A DNA stretch of 64,000 nucleotides, taken from the NCBI RefSeq assembly GCF_030028105.1, contig NC_092374.1:195171345-195235344 (forward strand), in the 5' to 3' direction. The stretch comes from Mobula birostris (taxonomy: Eukaryota). Shown here piece after piece: positions 50,001 through 63,034 of the stretch. The translations under genes and the position numbers were made by a program. Every line of letters starts with the position of its first letter. The stretch's first letter is position 1. A model generated the notes under the pieces. That model did not search any database, was not told the DNA's origin, and saw only the letters and a program-made list of their open reading frames with translations.

Positions 50001-50813
50001 GGGTTTGGGGTGGTAATACCAGCAAAAGAAATTGGAATCAGCAGAAGAACATCTAATAAGTTAGGGGTGTTTACAGTGGAGATGCTGGCAGTGTTGGTTG
50101 CGTTGCAATGGGTGCAGAAAGCCAGACAAGCCAAAGCATTGATATGTTCAGATTCATCCTCAGTTCCAGCAAGTTTAAGGTCTTTTCACACAAGCATTCG
50201 GCAAGATGTACTTTATGAAGTCCTTCAGTTAGTTACAAGAATTGCAAATCAGGGAGGTCAGGTAAAATTTCTATGGGTTCCAGCACATGCAGGGGTGAAG
50301 GGGAATGAGAGGGTGGATGAGTTGGCAAAGAGGGCGTTAAAGAAAGAAAATGTGGAAATGCACATTAGTATCAGTAAAGCAGAGGTTAAGTGTGTAATCT
50401 GGGAAAAAGTCAACCGAATGTGGCAAGAAAGATGGGACAGGGAGGGGAAAGGGAGGCATTTATATCAAATACAAAAGAGTGTTGCAGTTACTAGGGTAGG
50501 TAATGGAAACAGAAGAGAGGAAATTGTGTGGACTAGGTTAAGGCTGGGGCATTGTGCATTAAACAAAACATTGAAAATGATAGGGAAACACCAGACAGGA
50601 TTGTGTGAGGAATGCCAGGACGAGGAGTCAGTAGAACATGTAGTTCTGAGTTGCAGGAAGTATGGGATACAGAGAGAGATGATGAGAACTAAATTAAAGG
50701 AGTTGGGGATGCAGGAATTCACACTAAAAGGGTTGCTGGGCATGGGTGAGAGAGCACAAGTCCGGGTATTTTTAGCGTTTTTAAGGGGTACAGGGGTTTT
50801 TTATAGAATATGA
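47060..50813 (+). pseudogene. Retrotransposon ORF2 (APE endonuclease, RT, RNase H, CCHC finger) with three lesions
   Basis: MVILLQ*NARS (TGA 47078-47080); IQETW, ADFNSH, GSDH (APE); frameshift near 48507; in-frame TGA at 48954-48956; GTPQGSVISP, LFADD (RT); IYTDG..E..SDS..WVPAH..GNERVD (RNase H); CEEC..EH..C. Confidence 0.9.
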
Positions 50814-51774
50814 CGAATAAACAGGAATAGGATACTAAGATGGTCAAAGATAGGAGGGTGAAGTGTAGGTGTGTGTGTGTGGGGGGGGGGGAATTAGAAT
50901 GTATGTCTAGTGCACATTCCGGAGCAGAGGGTGGCGGTAATGCACCGTTAAGCTGGATGCCAACCGCCGTAAAACAAGATACAGACAGACAGACAGACAG
51001 ACATAAATTTGATATGTCACCGAACGCTGTCCAAATTTCTACAGATTATAACTGGTTGCATCGCAGCTTGTTATTTTTCTGCATACTATCGGAAAAATCT
51101 ACAGAAGGTTGTATGATCAGCCAGCTCCATCATGGACTAACCTTCCCACCATTGAGGACATTTTCAAAAGGCTATGCCTCAAAGTGGTGGCACCCATCAT
51201 TAAAGACGCCTGGCAACCAGGACACGCCTTGTTCTTATTATTACCATTAGAGGTACAAGGCCTGAAACACAGTCCGTGTTTTCAGAACAGCTTAGCAACA
51301 GCTTCCTTCCCTCAGCCATCAGATTTCAAAACCGACTGTGAACTAACCCACGAACACTGCCTCACCATTTTTGCCCTCTTTTTGCGCTCCTTTCTCTCTC
51401 TCTCGCCATCTCTCTCCCTCTCTCTCTCTCTCTCTCCCCCCCCCCCACGTACTGGTGCCGTAAAACAATAAATTTTACTACATATGTCAGTGTTCATACA
51501 CTTGATCCTGATTTTTTTATCTGTTAACTTTAGGTTAAGATTACAACCAGGCGAAATAGAGAGAATATCTTGTTGATGCGGATCTCAGTGGGTTTCCTGA
51601 GAAACAACCACGATGGAACACTTCTGCTGATGTTGCCGTCAGCAGGAGAAACTGCGAAATGTTTCACAATGTGGGAAATTTAACTTAGAAACAAAATGAC
51701 GCTCCCAAAATTGTTCAATGGTCTCAGAACGTTACCAGTGTAACGGAGAATGGGAAGCGAAAACAGACCAGTAC

Positions 51775-54485
51775 AAGAAGAGAAGCTGTGCTTGATCTGG
51801 TATTGGGAAGTGAACCTGGTCAGATGTCAGGTCTCTCAGTAAGAGAGCATTTTGGAGATACAGATCACAATTCTAACTCCTTTACCATAGCTTTGGAGAG
51901 GGATAGGAACAGACAAGTTAGGGAAGCGTTTAATTGGAGTAAGTGGATATATGAAGCTGCCAGGCAGGAACTTGGAAGCATAAATTGGAAACAGATGTTC
52001 TCAGGGAAACGTACGGAAGAAATGTGGCAAATATTCAGGGGATACTTGCGTGGGGTTCTGGGTATTGGGGATATGGTCTTGATGTGGGTAGAGAATTGGT
52101 TGGCAGAAAGGAAGCAAAGAGTGGGAATAAACTGGACCTTTTTAGAATGGCAGGCAGCGACTAGTGGGGTATCGCAGGGCTCAGTGCTGGGACCCAGTTG
52201 TTTATAATATATATTAATGACTTAGACGAGGGAATTAAATGCAGCACCTCCAAGCTTGCGAATTACACGAAACTGGGCGGCAGTGTTAGCTGTGAGGAGG
52301 ATGCTAAGAGGATGCAGGGTGACTTGGATAGGTTAGGTGAGTGGGCAAATTCATGGCAGATGTAATTTAATGTGGATAAGTGTGAGGTTATCCACTTTGG
52401 TGGCAAGACCAGGAAAACAGATTATTATCTGAATGGTGGCCGATTAGGAAAAGGGGAGGTGCAACGAGACCTGGGTGTCATTATACACCAGTCATTGAAA
52501 GTGAGCATGCAGGTACAGCAGGCGGTGAGAAAGCCGAATGGTATGCTGGCATTCATAGCAAGAGGACTGGAGTACAGGAGCAGGGAGGTTCTACTGCAGT
52601 TGTACAAGGCCTTGGTGAGACCACACCTGGAGTATTGTGTGCAGTTCTGTTCCCCTAATCTGAGGAAAGACATTCTTGCCATGGCGGGAGCACAAAGAAT
52701 GTTCACCAGGTTGATTCCTGGGATGGCAGGACTTTCATATGAAGAAAGTCTGGATCGACTAGGCTTATACTGGCTGGAATTTAGAAGATTGAGGGGGAAT
52801 CTTATTGAAACGTATAAAATTCTAAAGGGATTGGCCAGGCTAGATTCAGGAAGATTGTTCCCGATGTTGGGGAAGTCCAGAACGAGGGGTCACAGTTTAA
52901 GGATAAAGGGGAAGCCTTTTAGGACCGAGATGAGGTAAAACTTCTTCACACAGAGAGTGGTGAATCTGTGGAATTCTCTGCCACAGGAAACAGTTGAGGC
53001 CAGTTCATTGGCTATATTTAAGAGGGAGTTAGATATGGCCCTTAATGGGATTAGAGGGTATGGAGAAGAGGCAGGTACAGGGTTCTGAGTTGGATGATCA
53101 GCCATGATCATACTGAATGGCGATGCAGGCTCGAAGGGCCGAATGGCCTACTGCTGCACCTATTTTCTATGTTTCTATGTTTCTATAAGTCACAGGGACA
53201 GGAAGAGATGTACCCCAGGCTAACGTGGGAGGCGAGGGAAGAGATTTCTGAGCCTTTGGCGATGATCTTTGCAACATCAATGGGGACAGGAGAGGTTCCG
53301 GAGGATTGGAGGGTTGCGATGTTGTTCCCCTGATCAAGAAAGGGAGTAGAGATAGCCCAGGAAATTATACACCAGTGAGTCTTACTATAGTGGTTGGTAA
53401 GTTGATGGAGAAGATTCTGAGAGGAAGTATTTATGAACATTTAGAGAGTTATAATATGATTAGTAATAGTTAGCATAGCTTTGTCAAGGGCAGATCATGC
53501 CTTACGAGCCTGATTTAATTTTTTGAGGATGTGACTAAATACATTGATGAAAGAAGAGCAGTAAATATAGTGTATATGGATTTCAGCAAGGCGTTTGACA
53601 AGGTACCCCAAGCAAGGATTATTGAGAAAGTAAGGAGGCATTGGATCCGTGGGGACATTGTTGTGTGGATCCAGAACTGGCTTGCCCACAGAAGGCAAAG
53701 AGTGGTTGTAGACGGGTCATATTCTGCATGGAAGTCGCTGACCAGTGGTATGCCTCAGGGATCTGTTCTGGGACCCCTTCTCTTTGTGATTTTTATAAAT
53801 GACGTGGATGAGGAAGTGGAGGGATGGTTAGTAAATTTCCTGATGACACAAAGGTTGGGGGTGTTGTAGATAGTGTGGAGGGTTGTCAGAGGTTACAGAG
53901 GGACATTGATAGGATGCAAAACTGGGCTGAGAAGTGGCAGATGGAGTTCAACCCAGATAAGTGTGAAGTTGTTCATTTTGGTAGGTCAAATATAATTGCA
54001 GAATATAGTATTAATGGTAAGACTCTTGGCAGTGTGGAGGATCAGAGGGATTTTGGGGTCCGAGTCCACAGGACGCTCAAAGCAGCTGTGCAGGTTGACT
54101 CTGTGGTTAAGAAGGCATATGGTATATTGGCCTTCATCAATCGTGGAATTGAATTTAGGAGCTGAGAGATAATGTTGCAGCTATATAGGACCCTGGTTAT
54201 AGGGCACAGGTTTAAGGTGCTTGGAAGTAGGTACAGAGGAGATGTCAGAGATAAGTTTTTTACTCAGAAAGTGGTGAGTGCGTGGAATGGGCTGCTGGCA
54301 ATGGTGGTGGAGGCGGATACGATAGGGTCTTTAAAGAGACTTTTGGATAGGTACATGGAGCTTAGCAAAATAGAGGGCTATAAGTAAGCCTAGTAATTTC
54401 TAAGGTAAGAACATGTGCGGAACAACTTTGTGGGCCGAAGGGCCTGTATTGTGCTGTAGGTTTTCTATGTTTTCTATGTTTTTCT
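51775..54485 (+). mobile_element. 5'-deleted CR1 with a second CR1 piece spliced in (about 52061-53188), unit B only
   Basis: Starts abruptly at tacaa|gaagagaagctgtgcttgatctgg; CR1 RT motifs [29 protein letters not shown]; two CR1 tails. Confidence 0.8.
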
Positions 54486-54729
54486 GTATAGACCAATAAA
54501 TGATCGATATCTTTGAGGGAAGCACGTGTCACTGGGCTGGAACAAGTAATTGATGCTAAGTAGCTGTTATCCCTCTAAATGACAAAACATCTGTGGATAG
54601 TAAATAGCCAACTGTTTCTTTGATACATTTTACTGTCATCTGCGGTTCACAGGATACCCGTGGGATTGATTTCATTTTCAAAAATGAAATAGAGGAAGTG
54701 CTTTAAAAATGACACTTTCCTGTTCTTTG

Positions 54730-55305
54730 CTCACAACACGCTGGAGGAACTCAACAGGTCGGGCAGCATCCGTGGAAACGATCAGTCAATGTTTCGGGCC
54801 GGAACCTTTCGTCAGGACGGAAGAGGGAAGGGGCAGAGGCCCTATAAAGAAGGTTGGGGGAGGGTGGGAAGGAGAAGGTTGGTGGCTTCCAGGTGAAAAA
54901 CCAGTAAGGGGAAATATAAAGGGGTGGTGGAGGGGAAGCAGGGAGGGGATAGGCAGGAAAGGTGAAGAAGGAATAGGGGAAAACACAATGGGTAGTAGAA
55001 GGAGGCGGAACCAAGAGGGAGGTGATAGGCAGCTGGGGGAGGGGGCAGAGTGACATAGGGATAGGGGAAGGGAGGGGTTCGGAATTAGCAGAAGTTGGAG
55101 AATTCTATGTTCATACAAAGGGGCTGGAGTCTACCTGGACGGTATATGAGGTGTTGCTCCTCCAACCTGAGCTTAGCCTCATCATGACAGTAGAGGAAGC
55201 CATGTACGGACATATCCGAATGAGAATGGGAAGAAGAGTTCAAGTGGGTGGCAACCGGGAGATTCTGTCTGTTGTGGCGGACGGAGAGGAGGTGCTCGAC
55301 CTGGG
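54730..55305 (-). mobile_element. Penelope-like element 3' fragment: C-terminus of the GIY-YIG endonuclease plus pseudo-LTR
   Basis: PVATHLNSSSHSHSDMSVHGFLYCHDEAKLRLEEQHLIYRPGRLQPLCMNIEFSNF resembles the C-terminus of Penelope GIY-YIG ORFs; degenerate CTGACGA...GAAAC at 54784-54818. Confidence 0.8.
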
Positions 55306-55384
55306 CATGTCCTGCATTATGAAGGTCCTTAATGATTAGAAAACATTGGAACATTGGAAAGTTCATGACAATTTTTGAAAGTTT

Positions 55385-58300
55385 TCTTCAGCGATTTGAA
55401 CGGGGCACAACTGCGCAAGCGCGTGGAGGTCGGCCAGTGAGAACAGCGGGAAAAGTTTAAAAAGAAGACAGATTTACAGAGCAGTCGTCGGAGGAGCGGG
55501 CGAAGGAGTCGTGGGAGACTGAGTAGGAACACTTTGGCTCAATGGGGCTTAGGCGATAACGGGTCGAGGAGAGATTGGTTATCTGTTTAGAATGCTGACA
55601 GAGAGAATGTGTGTGAGGCCGGTTTTCTGTGCTCGGTGTCAGATGGAGGAGGTCCTGGAGACTCCCAGCATCCCGGACGGCCACATCTTAACCAGGTGTG
55701 TCAAGCTGCAGCTCCTTAGGGACCGCGTTGGGGAACTGGAGATGCTGCTCGATGACCTTCGTCTGGTTAAGGAGAGTGAGGAGCTGATAGAGAAGAACTA
55801 TAGGCAGGTAGTCACTCCGGGGCTTGGGGAGACAGATAAGTAGGTAACAGTCTGGAGAGGGAAGGGAAAGAAGCAGGTGCTAGACAGTACCACAGTCCTG
55901 TTTAACTACTGTTGGGGGAGATGGCCTACCCGGAGAAAGTAACAGTGGCCGTGTGGCTCAGATGGGTAGGGAAAGGAAGAGGATGGCAGCAGTGATAGGG
56001 GACTCTATAGTTAGGGGGTCAGACAGACGCTTCTGTGGACGCAGGAAAGAAACGCGGATGGAAGTTTACCCCCCAGGTGCCAGGGTTCGGGATGTTTCTG
56101 ATCGTGTCCGCGATATCCTGAAGTGGTAAGGAGAACAGCCAGAGGTCGCGGTACGTATTGGTACCAATGACGTAGGTAGGAAAAGGAAGAAGCTCCTGAA
56201 AGCAGACTGCAGGGAGTTAGGAAGGAATTTGAGAAGCAGGACCTCAAAGGTAGTATTCTCGGGATTACTGCCTGTGCCACGTGACAGTAAGTATAGGTAT
56301 AGAATGAGGTGGAGGATAAATGCGTGGCTGAGGGATTGGAGGAGAGGGCAGGGATTCAGATTTCGGGATCATTGGGACCTCGTCTGGGGCAGGGATTCAG
56401 ATTTCGGGTTCATTGGGACCTCGTCTGGGGCAGGTGTGACTTGTACAAAAAGGATGGGTTGCACTTGAATGTGAGGGGAACCAATAGCTCGGCGGGGAGG
56501 TTTGTAAAGGCTATTGGGGAGAGTTTAAGCTAGAATTGCTGGCGGGTGGGAACCGAACTGAAGTGACGGAGGAAAGGGTGGTTGGCTTGCAAATAGGGAA
56601 AGCTTGGAGACAATGCAAAAGGGAGGATAGGCAGGTGATAGAGAAAGAATGCACTCATACCGTTTGACATGTGTCTATTTTAATGCGAGGAGTATTATCA
56701 ATAAAGCAGATGAGCTTAGAGCGTGGATCAGCACTTGAAGCTATGATGTTGTGGCCATTACAGAGACTTGGATGGTGCAGGTGGCAGGAATGGCTACTTC
56801 AAGTGTCAGGCTTTAGATGTTTCAAAAAGGACAGGGAGGGAGGCAAAAGAGGTTTGGGGCGTGGCACTGTTGATCAGAGATAGTGTCACAGCTTTGGAGA
56901 AAGGGAAAGTCATGGAGAGGTTGTCGACAGAGTCTCTGTGGGTGGAATTTAGTAATAGGAAGTGGACAACAACTCTGTTGGGTGTTCTTTACAGACTGCC
57001 CAACAGTAACAGGGAATTTTGAGGAGCAGATAGGGAGACAGATTCTGGAAAGGTGTAATAATAACAGGGTTGTTGTGGTGGGAGAGTTTAATTTCCCAAA
57101 TATTGATTGGCATTTCCCTAGAGTGAGGGATTTAGAAGGGCTGGAGTTTGCTAGGTATGTTCAGGAAGGTTTCTTGACACAATATGTAAATAAGCCTACA
57201 AGAGGAGAAGCTGTACTTGATCTGATATTGGGAAATGAACCTGGTCAAGTGTCAGGTTTCTCAGTAGGAGAGCATTTTGAAGATAGTGATCACAATTCTA
57301 TCTCCTTCACCATAGCATAGGGGATGGATAGGAACAGACAAGTTACGGAAACTTTTAATTGGAGTAAGGGGAAATATGATGCTATCAGGCAGGAACTTGG
57401 AAGCATAAATTGGAAACAGATGTTCTCAGGGAAACGTTCGGAAGAAATGTGGCAAATGTTCAGGGGATATTTCCGTGAGGTTCTGAGGTAGTACGTTCCA
57501 ATGAAGCACGGAAAGGATGGTAGGGTACAAGATCGGTGGTGTACAAAGGCTGTTGTAAATCTAGTCAAGAAGAAAAGAAGAGCTTACGAAACTAGGTAAT
57601 GATAGGAATCTAGAAGTTTATAAGGCTAGCAGGAAGGAGCTTAAGAATGAAATTAGGAGAGGCACAAGGGGCTATGAGAAGGCCTTGGCGGATAAGATTA
57701 AGGAAAACTCCAAGGCATTCTACAAGTATGTGAAGAGCAAGAGGATAAGACATCAAAGAATGGAACCAATCAAGTGTGACTGTGGATAAGTGTGCATGGA
57801 ACCGGAGGAGACACAGGTACTAAAGGAATATTTTGCTTCAGTATTCGCTGTGCAAAAGGATCTTGGCAGTTGTAGGGATGATTTGCGGTGGACTGAAAAG
57901 CTTGAGCATGTAGATATTAAGGGAGAGGATGTGTTGGAGCTTTTGGAAAGCAATAAGTTGGTTTGGTCACCGGGATCAGACGGGGTGTACCCCAGGTTAC
58001 TGTGAGAAGCGAGGGAGGAGATTGCTGAGGCTCTGGCAATAATCTTTGCATCATCAATGAGGACGGGAGAGGTTCCGGAGGATGGGAGGGTTGCAGATGT
58101 TGTTCCCTTATTCACGAGAAGGAGTAGCCATAGCCCAGGAAATTATAGGCCAATGAGTCTTACTTCAGTGGTTGGTAAGTTGATGGAGAAGATCCGGAGA
58201 GGCAGGATTTATGAACATTTGTAGAGGCATAATATGATTAGGAATAGTCAACATGGCTTCATGAAAGGCAGGTCGTGCCTTACGAGCCTGATTGATTTTT

Positions 58301-59525
58301 TTGAGGATGTGACTAAACACATTGATGGAGGAAGAGCAGTAGATGTCGTGTATATGGATTTCAGCAAGGCATTTGATAAGGTGCCCCATGCCAGGCTTAT
58401 TCAGAAAGTAAGGAGGCATGGGACCCAAGGGGACATTGTTTTGTGGATCCAGAACTGCCTTGCCCACAGAAGACAAAGAGTGGTTGTAGACGGGTCATAT
58501 TCTGCATGGAGTCCAGTGACCAGGGGTGTGCCTCAGGGATCTCTTCTGGGACCCCTACTCTTTGTGATTTTCTATAAATAACCTGGTGAGGAAGTGTGGG
58601 GATGGGATAGTAAATTTGATGATGACACAAAGATTGGGGGTGTTGTGGATAGTATGGAGTGCTTTCAGAGGTTACATCAGGATATCGATAGGTTGCAAAA
58701 CTGGGCTGAGAAGTGACAGATGGAGTTCAAACCAGATAAGTGTGAGGTGGTACATTTTGGTAGGTCAAGTATGATGGCAGAACATACCATTAATGGTAAG
58801 ACTCTTGGCAGTGTGGAGGATCAGAAGGATCTTGGGGTCCAAGTCCTTCGGACACTCAAAGCTGCTACACAGGTTCACTCTGTGGTCAAGAAGGCATACG
58901 GTGTATTGGCCTTCATCAATCGTGGGATTGAGTTTAGGAGCCGAGAGGTAATGTTGCAGCTGTATAGGACGCTGGTGAGACCCCACGTGGAGCACTCAGT
59001 TCTGGTCGCCTCACTGCAGAAAGGACGGGAAAACCATAGAAAGGGTGCAGAGGAGATTTACAAGGATGTTGCCTGGATTGGGAAGCATGCCTTATGAGAA
59101 TAGGTTGAGTGAACTCGGCCTTTCTCTCTTGGAGCGACGGAGGATGAGAGGTGAGCTGATAGAGTTGCATAGGATAATGAGAGGCATTGATCGTGTGGAT
59201 AGTCAAAGGCTTTTTCCCAGGGCTGAAATGGCTAGCACGAGAGGGCATAGTTTAAGGTGCTTGGAAGTAGGTACAGAGAAGATATCTGTGGAAAATTTTT
59301 TATGCAGAGAGTGGTGAGTGCGTGGAATGGGCTGCCAGCAATGATGGTGGAGGTGGAAACGATAGGGTGTTTTAAAATACTCCTGGATGGATACATGGAG
59401 CTTTGAAAAATAGAGGGCTATAGGTAATTCTAGGTAGTTCTAAGGTAAGGACATGTTCGGCACAGCTTTGTGGGCCGAAATGCCTGTATTGGGTTGTGGG
59501 CTTTCTATGTTTCTGTGTTTCTATG
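55385..59525 (+). mobile_element. Near full-length decayed CR1 LINE
   Basis: Same ORF1/ORF2 organisation as 21075-25210. Confidence 0.9.
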
Positions 59526-61572
59526 TTATGTACTTTGCACTGAAATGTTTTGATTGAATAATGTTCTTTCTTGTAACGGTATGCTTAACTTAAAAGATGA
59601 AAAGAAATAAGCCATTTGCCCATCAAAGCTACTCCGCCATTTCACCATGGCTGATCTGTTTTCCCTCTTAGCCCCAGTCTCCCTCCTTGTTTTCGATTTG
59701 GAGCGGATTCGATGAGGAAAAGTTTCGTTGTTCGTCCACCTAACCCAGGTGTAAGGTTGGATCATTCCAAGTGCCAAGCCGATCGAGAACGGCTTCGGGC
59801 TGGGCAGCCAAACTGTGTTGCTTCGCCGGGGTCTGGGTCCTAGTGCGAGGCCCTATCCGGTGTTTGGACAATTGAAACGCCAGTTCAGATAGACTGGAAA
59901 GCCAAGTATTCCCCTTAATAAAAATATAGGACATAGATGTTGGGTAAGGAATAAGAAATCCGAGGAGGACCTTTTTTTTTACCCAGGATGTGGCTAATAC
60001 TTGTAATTCAATGACAGTGTCACTATAAGAAGCATAGTAACCTAGAACATTAAGAAGTGCTTAGATGAGCACTGTAATCAGCTTTGAAGGCTCTGGGCAG
60101 ATGCTGGGCAATGAGATCAAGGCCAATGGGAGCCCACTGGTTGGCCTGGGTTAGTTGGGAGGAAATACTATCTGAAGTTTTTGAAAGGCCAACCAATCGA
60201 TTAAAGTGTGAATTGGGTGACAGAGTAGCAGTTACAAACATATAGAAACATAGAAAACCTACAGCACAATACAGGCTCTTCAGCCCACAAACTGTGCCGA
60301 ACCTGTCCCTACCTTAGAAGTACCTAGGCTTTACCCTCAGCCCTCTATATTTCTAAGCTCCATGTAGCCATCCAGGAGTCTCTGAAGAGACTCTATCGTT
60401 TCCGCCTCCACCACTGCCGCCGGCAGCCCATTCCATGCACTCACCACTCTCTGCATAAGAAATTTACCCCTGACATCTCCTCTGCACCTACTTCCAAGCA
60501 CCTTAAAACCGTGCCCTCTCGTGTTAGCCATTTCAGCCCTGGGGAAAAGCCTCTGACGATCCATACTATCAATGCCTCTCATTACCTTGTACACCTCAGG
60601 AAAAAGTTCTCAATTCTCAGATAAAAAGAAAAAGAGCCACAAGTTAACTGAAACATATGAAACCACAATTGAATTAGCGTATAAACCAATTGAAGGTTTT
60701 ATTAAAAGCAACACACACAACTGGATTTCAAGCGTGGCAGGATCTCTTGTGTTTATGGCCTGCTTTATTGCTCTAAGAAGCGCAGGAGCCGGGATAACTT
60801 ATTGATGTATAAAAACTTGGAATGTCTGAACATTTCATTTCTATGCGTAGTTTGAAATTTCGAATATGCATGTTGACAAATGTTAAAATTAAATTTAAGA
60901 GTACAAGATGCCCACTATGATTCTCATAAAAATTGTGGCTACATCTTTCATATCTAAACCCTGTCCTCCAGCTGTGCCACGGCTAGAATGCAGTTCTTGT
61001 TATATGATAAAGAACAGTACTGGAGAGGGTGTGAATAGGCTGTCTGAACTTCCATGTGTTTGCTACTTCTATAAGGAGAACACAATAAACAAATTATAAG
61101 GGCTAACACAAGGGATAAGCCTGCCCTAAAAGACAAAGTAAAGTCGAATCCTAAGAGAATCGTTAACATATCCTACTGACATGTTAGAGCAAAAGGATTA
61201 CAAGGGGGAATATTGGTCCTCTAGAACATCAGACTGGTAATCCATGTGTGGAGACAAAAGGGATGAGGAGATTTTAAATGTAGATTTTATATTTGCATCT
61301 GTATTTACTCAGGAGACGAACACAGAGTCTGTAGAAGTAAGACAAACAGCGAGGCCATATACCCCATACAGATTACAGAGGAGGAAGTCCTTGCTGGCTC
61401 AGGGTGGATAAACCTCCAGGCCTAACAAGGTGTTCCCTCGGACCTGCTGGGAGGCAAGTGCAGAAATTGCTGGTGCCCAAATGAAATACTTAAAAGACTG
61501 CCTTCTCCTATCATTTTGGATCTCCCCCTCCCCCTCCCACTTTCAAATAGCTTACTAGCTCTTCTTTCAGTT

Positions 61573-61608
61573 AGTCCTGACGAAGGGTCTCGGCCCGAAA
61601 CGTCGACT
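61573..61608 (+). ncRNA. Minimal type I hammerhead ribozyme-like motif
   Basis: Same core and stems as 27152-27187. Confidence 0.6.
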
Positions 61609-61883
61609 GTACGTCTTCCTTGTGATGCTGCCTGGCCTGCTGCACTCACCACCAACTTTGATGTGTGTTGCTTGAACTTCCAGCTTCTGCAGAATTCCTC
61701 TTGTTAGTGAGCAGAGGGGATGGGATGTAATATTGAAGATATATAAGACGTTGCTGAGGCCTAATTTGAAGTATTGTGTGCAGTTTTGGTCACTAATCAA
61801 GGGGAAAGGTGTAGATATGGTTGAAAGAGTATAGAGACAATTTACAAGGATGTTTACAGGTACAATTTACAAGGTACAGAGGA

Positions 61884-63034
61884 TTCAAGATTCAAGATTC
61901 AGAAAACTTTATTGTCATTCTAACCATACATCAGCTCTGCAGGGCAGAATGAGACAGTGTTTCTCAGGGGCAGTGCAATCATAACATAACAAACGCAACA
62001 CTAAATAATAAACATAACAATAAATAGTAAAACACAACAGCCACATGTCAGTTAAAATCAAGTTATAAGTGTCCAGTACAAGTTAAAAGTGTCCAAAGCA
62101 GAGTCAGGTGGAGCAGCTATTTAGCAGTCTGACTGCCTGTGGGAGGAAGCTGTTTAGTAGCCTTGTGGTTTTAGTTTTGATGCTCCTGTAACGTTTGCCT
62201 GAGGGCAGAAGAACAAACAGTTCATGTAGAGGGTGTGAGGGGTCTTTAATGATGTATCGTGTCTTCTGGAGGCATCGACTCTGAAAGAGGTCTTGGATAG
62301 AAGGTAAGGAGACCCCAATAACCTTCTCTGCTCCCCTAGCCACACTCTGCAAGGCTTTTTTGTTGACACCACTGCAGCTGGAGTACCAAGTTGTGATGCA
62401 AAAGTTCAGCACACTCTCAACTACGCCTCTGTAGAATGTAGTTAAGATGTTAGTGGGGAGTGATGCTTGTTTAAGCTTCCTCAGAAAGTGCAATCTCTGC
62501 TGGACCCGTTTCACAATCCCAGTGATGTTCCTGGACAAGGTGAGATTGTCCGAGATCTGCACCCCAAAGAACTTGATGTTTTCCTCTCTCTCCACTGTGC
62601 AGCCGCTGATGCTGAAGGGTGTGTGCTCAGGCTGAGACCGTCTGAAATCGAGGATCATCTCCTTGGTTTTGGTGACATTAAGCATCAAGTTGTTATCCTT
62701 GCACCAGCTTGCTAGGTGTTTGACCTCCTCCCTGTACATTGTTTCATCATTTTTGCTGATGAGCCCCACCACTGTGGTATTGTGTGCAAATTTAATGATC
62801 AGGTTCTCCTTGAATCTGGCTGCACAGTCATGTGTTAGCAGTGTAAACAGCAATGGGCTAAGCACACAGCCTTGTGGGGATCCAGTGCTCACTGTGATGG
62901 AGTCAGAGATGTTCCTGCCAACATGGACTGACTGTGGTCTCTCTGTCAAGAAATCCAGAATCCAGCGACACATGGCAGTGCTCAGGCCAAGCAGCCACAG
63001 TTTCTCCACTAGTCTCTGCGGGATGATGGATGAT
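61884..63034 (-). mobile_element. 5'-truncated Rex1/Babar-type LINE, unit B only
   Basis: Open frame IIPQRL...[20 protein letters not shown]...[12 protein letters not shown]...[17 protein letters not shown]; (TCTTGAA)n tail; interrupts a CR1 piece that is continuous in unit A (near 27455-27470). Confidence 0.85.

Larger units (their letters stand above)
45653..51004 (+). mobile_element. Full-length Nimb/I-clade-type non-LTR retrotransposon (5.35 kb), unit B only
   Basis: TSD AAATTTGATATG at 45641-45652 and 51005-51016; (ACAG)n 3' tail; gag-like ORF1 and APE-RT-RNaseH-ZnF ORF2; empty site in unit A near 19964. Confidence 0.92.
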
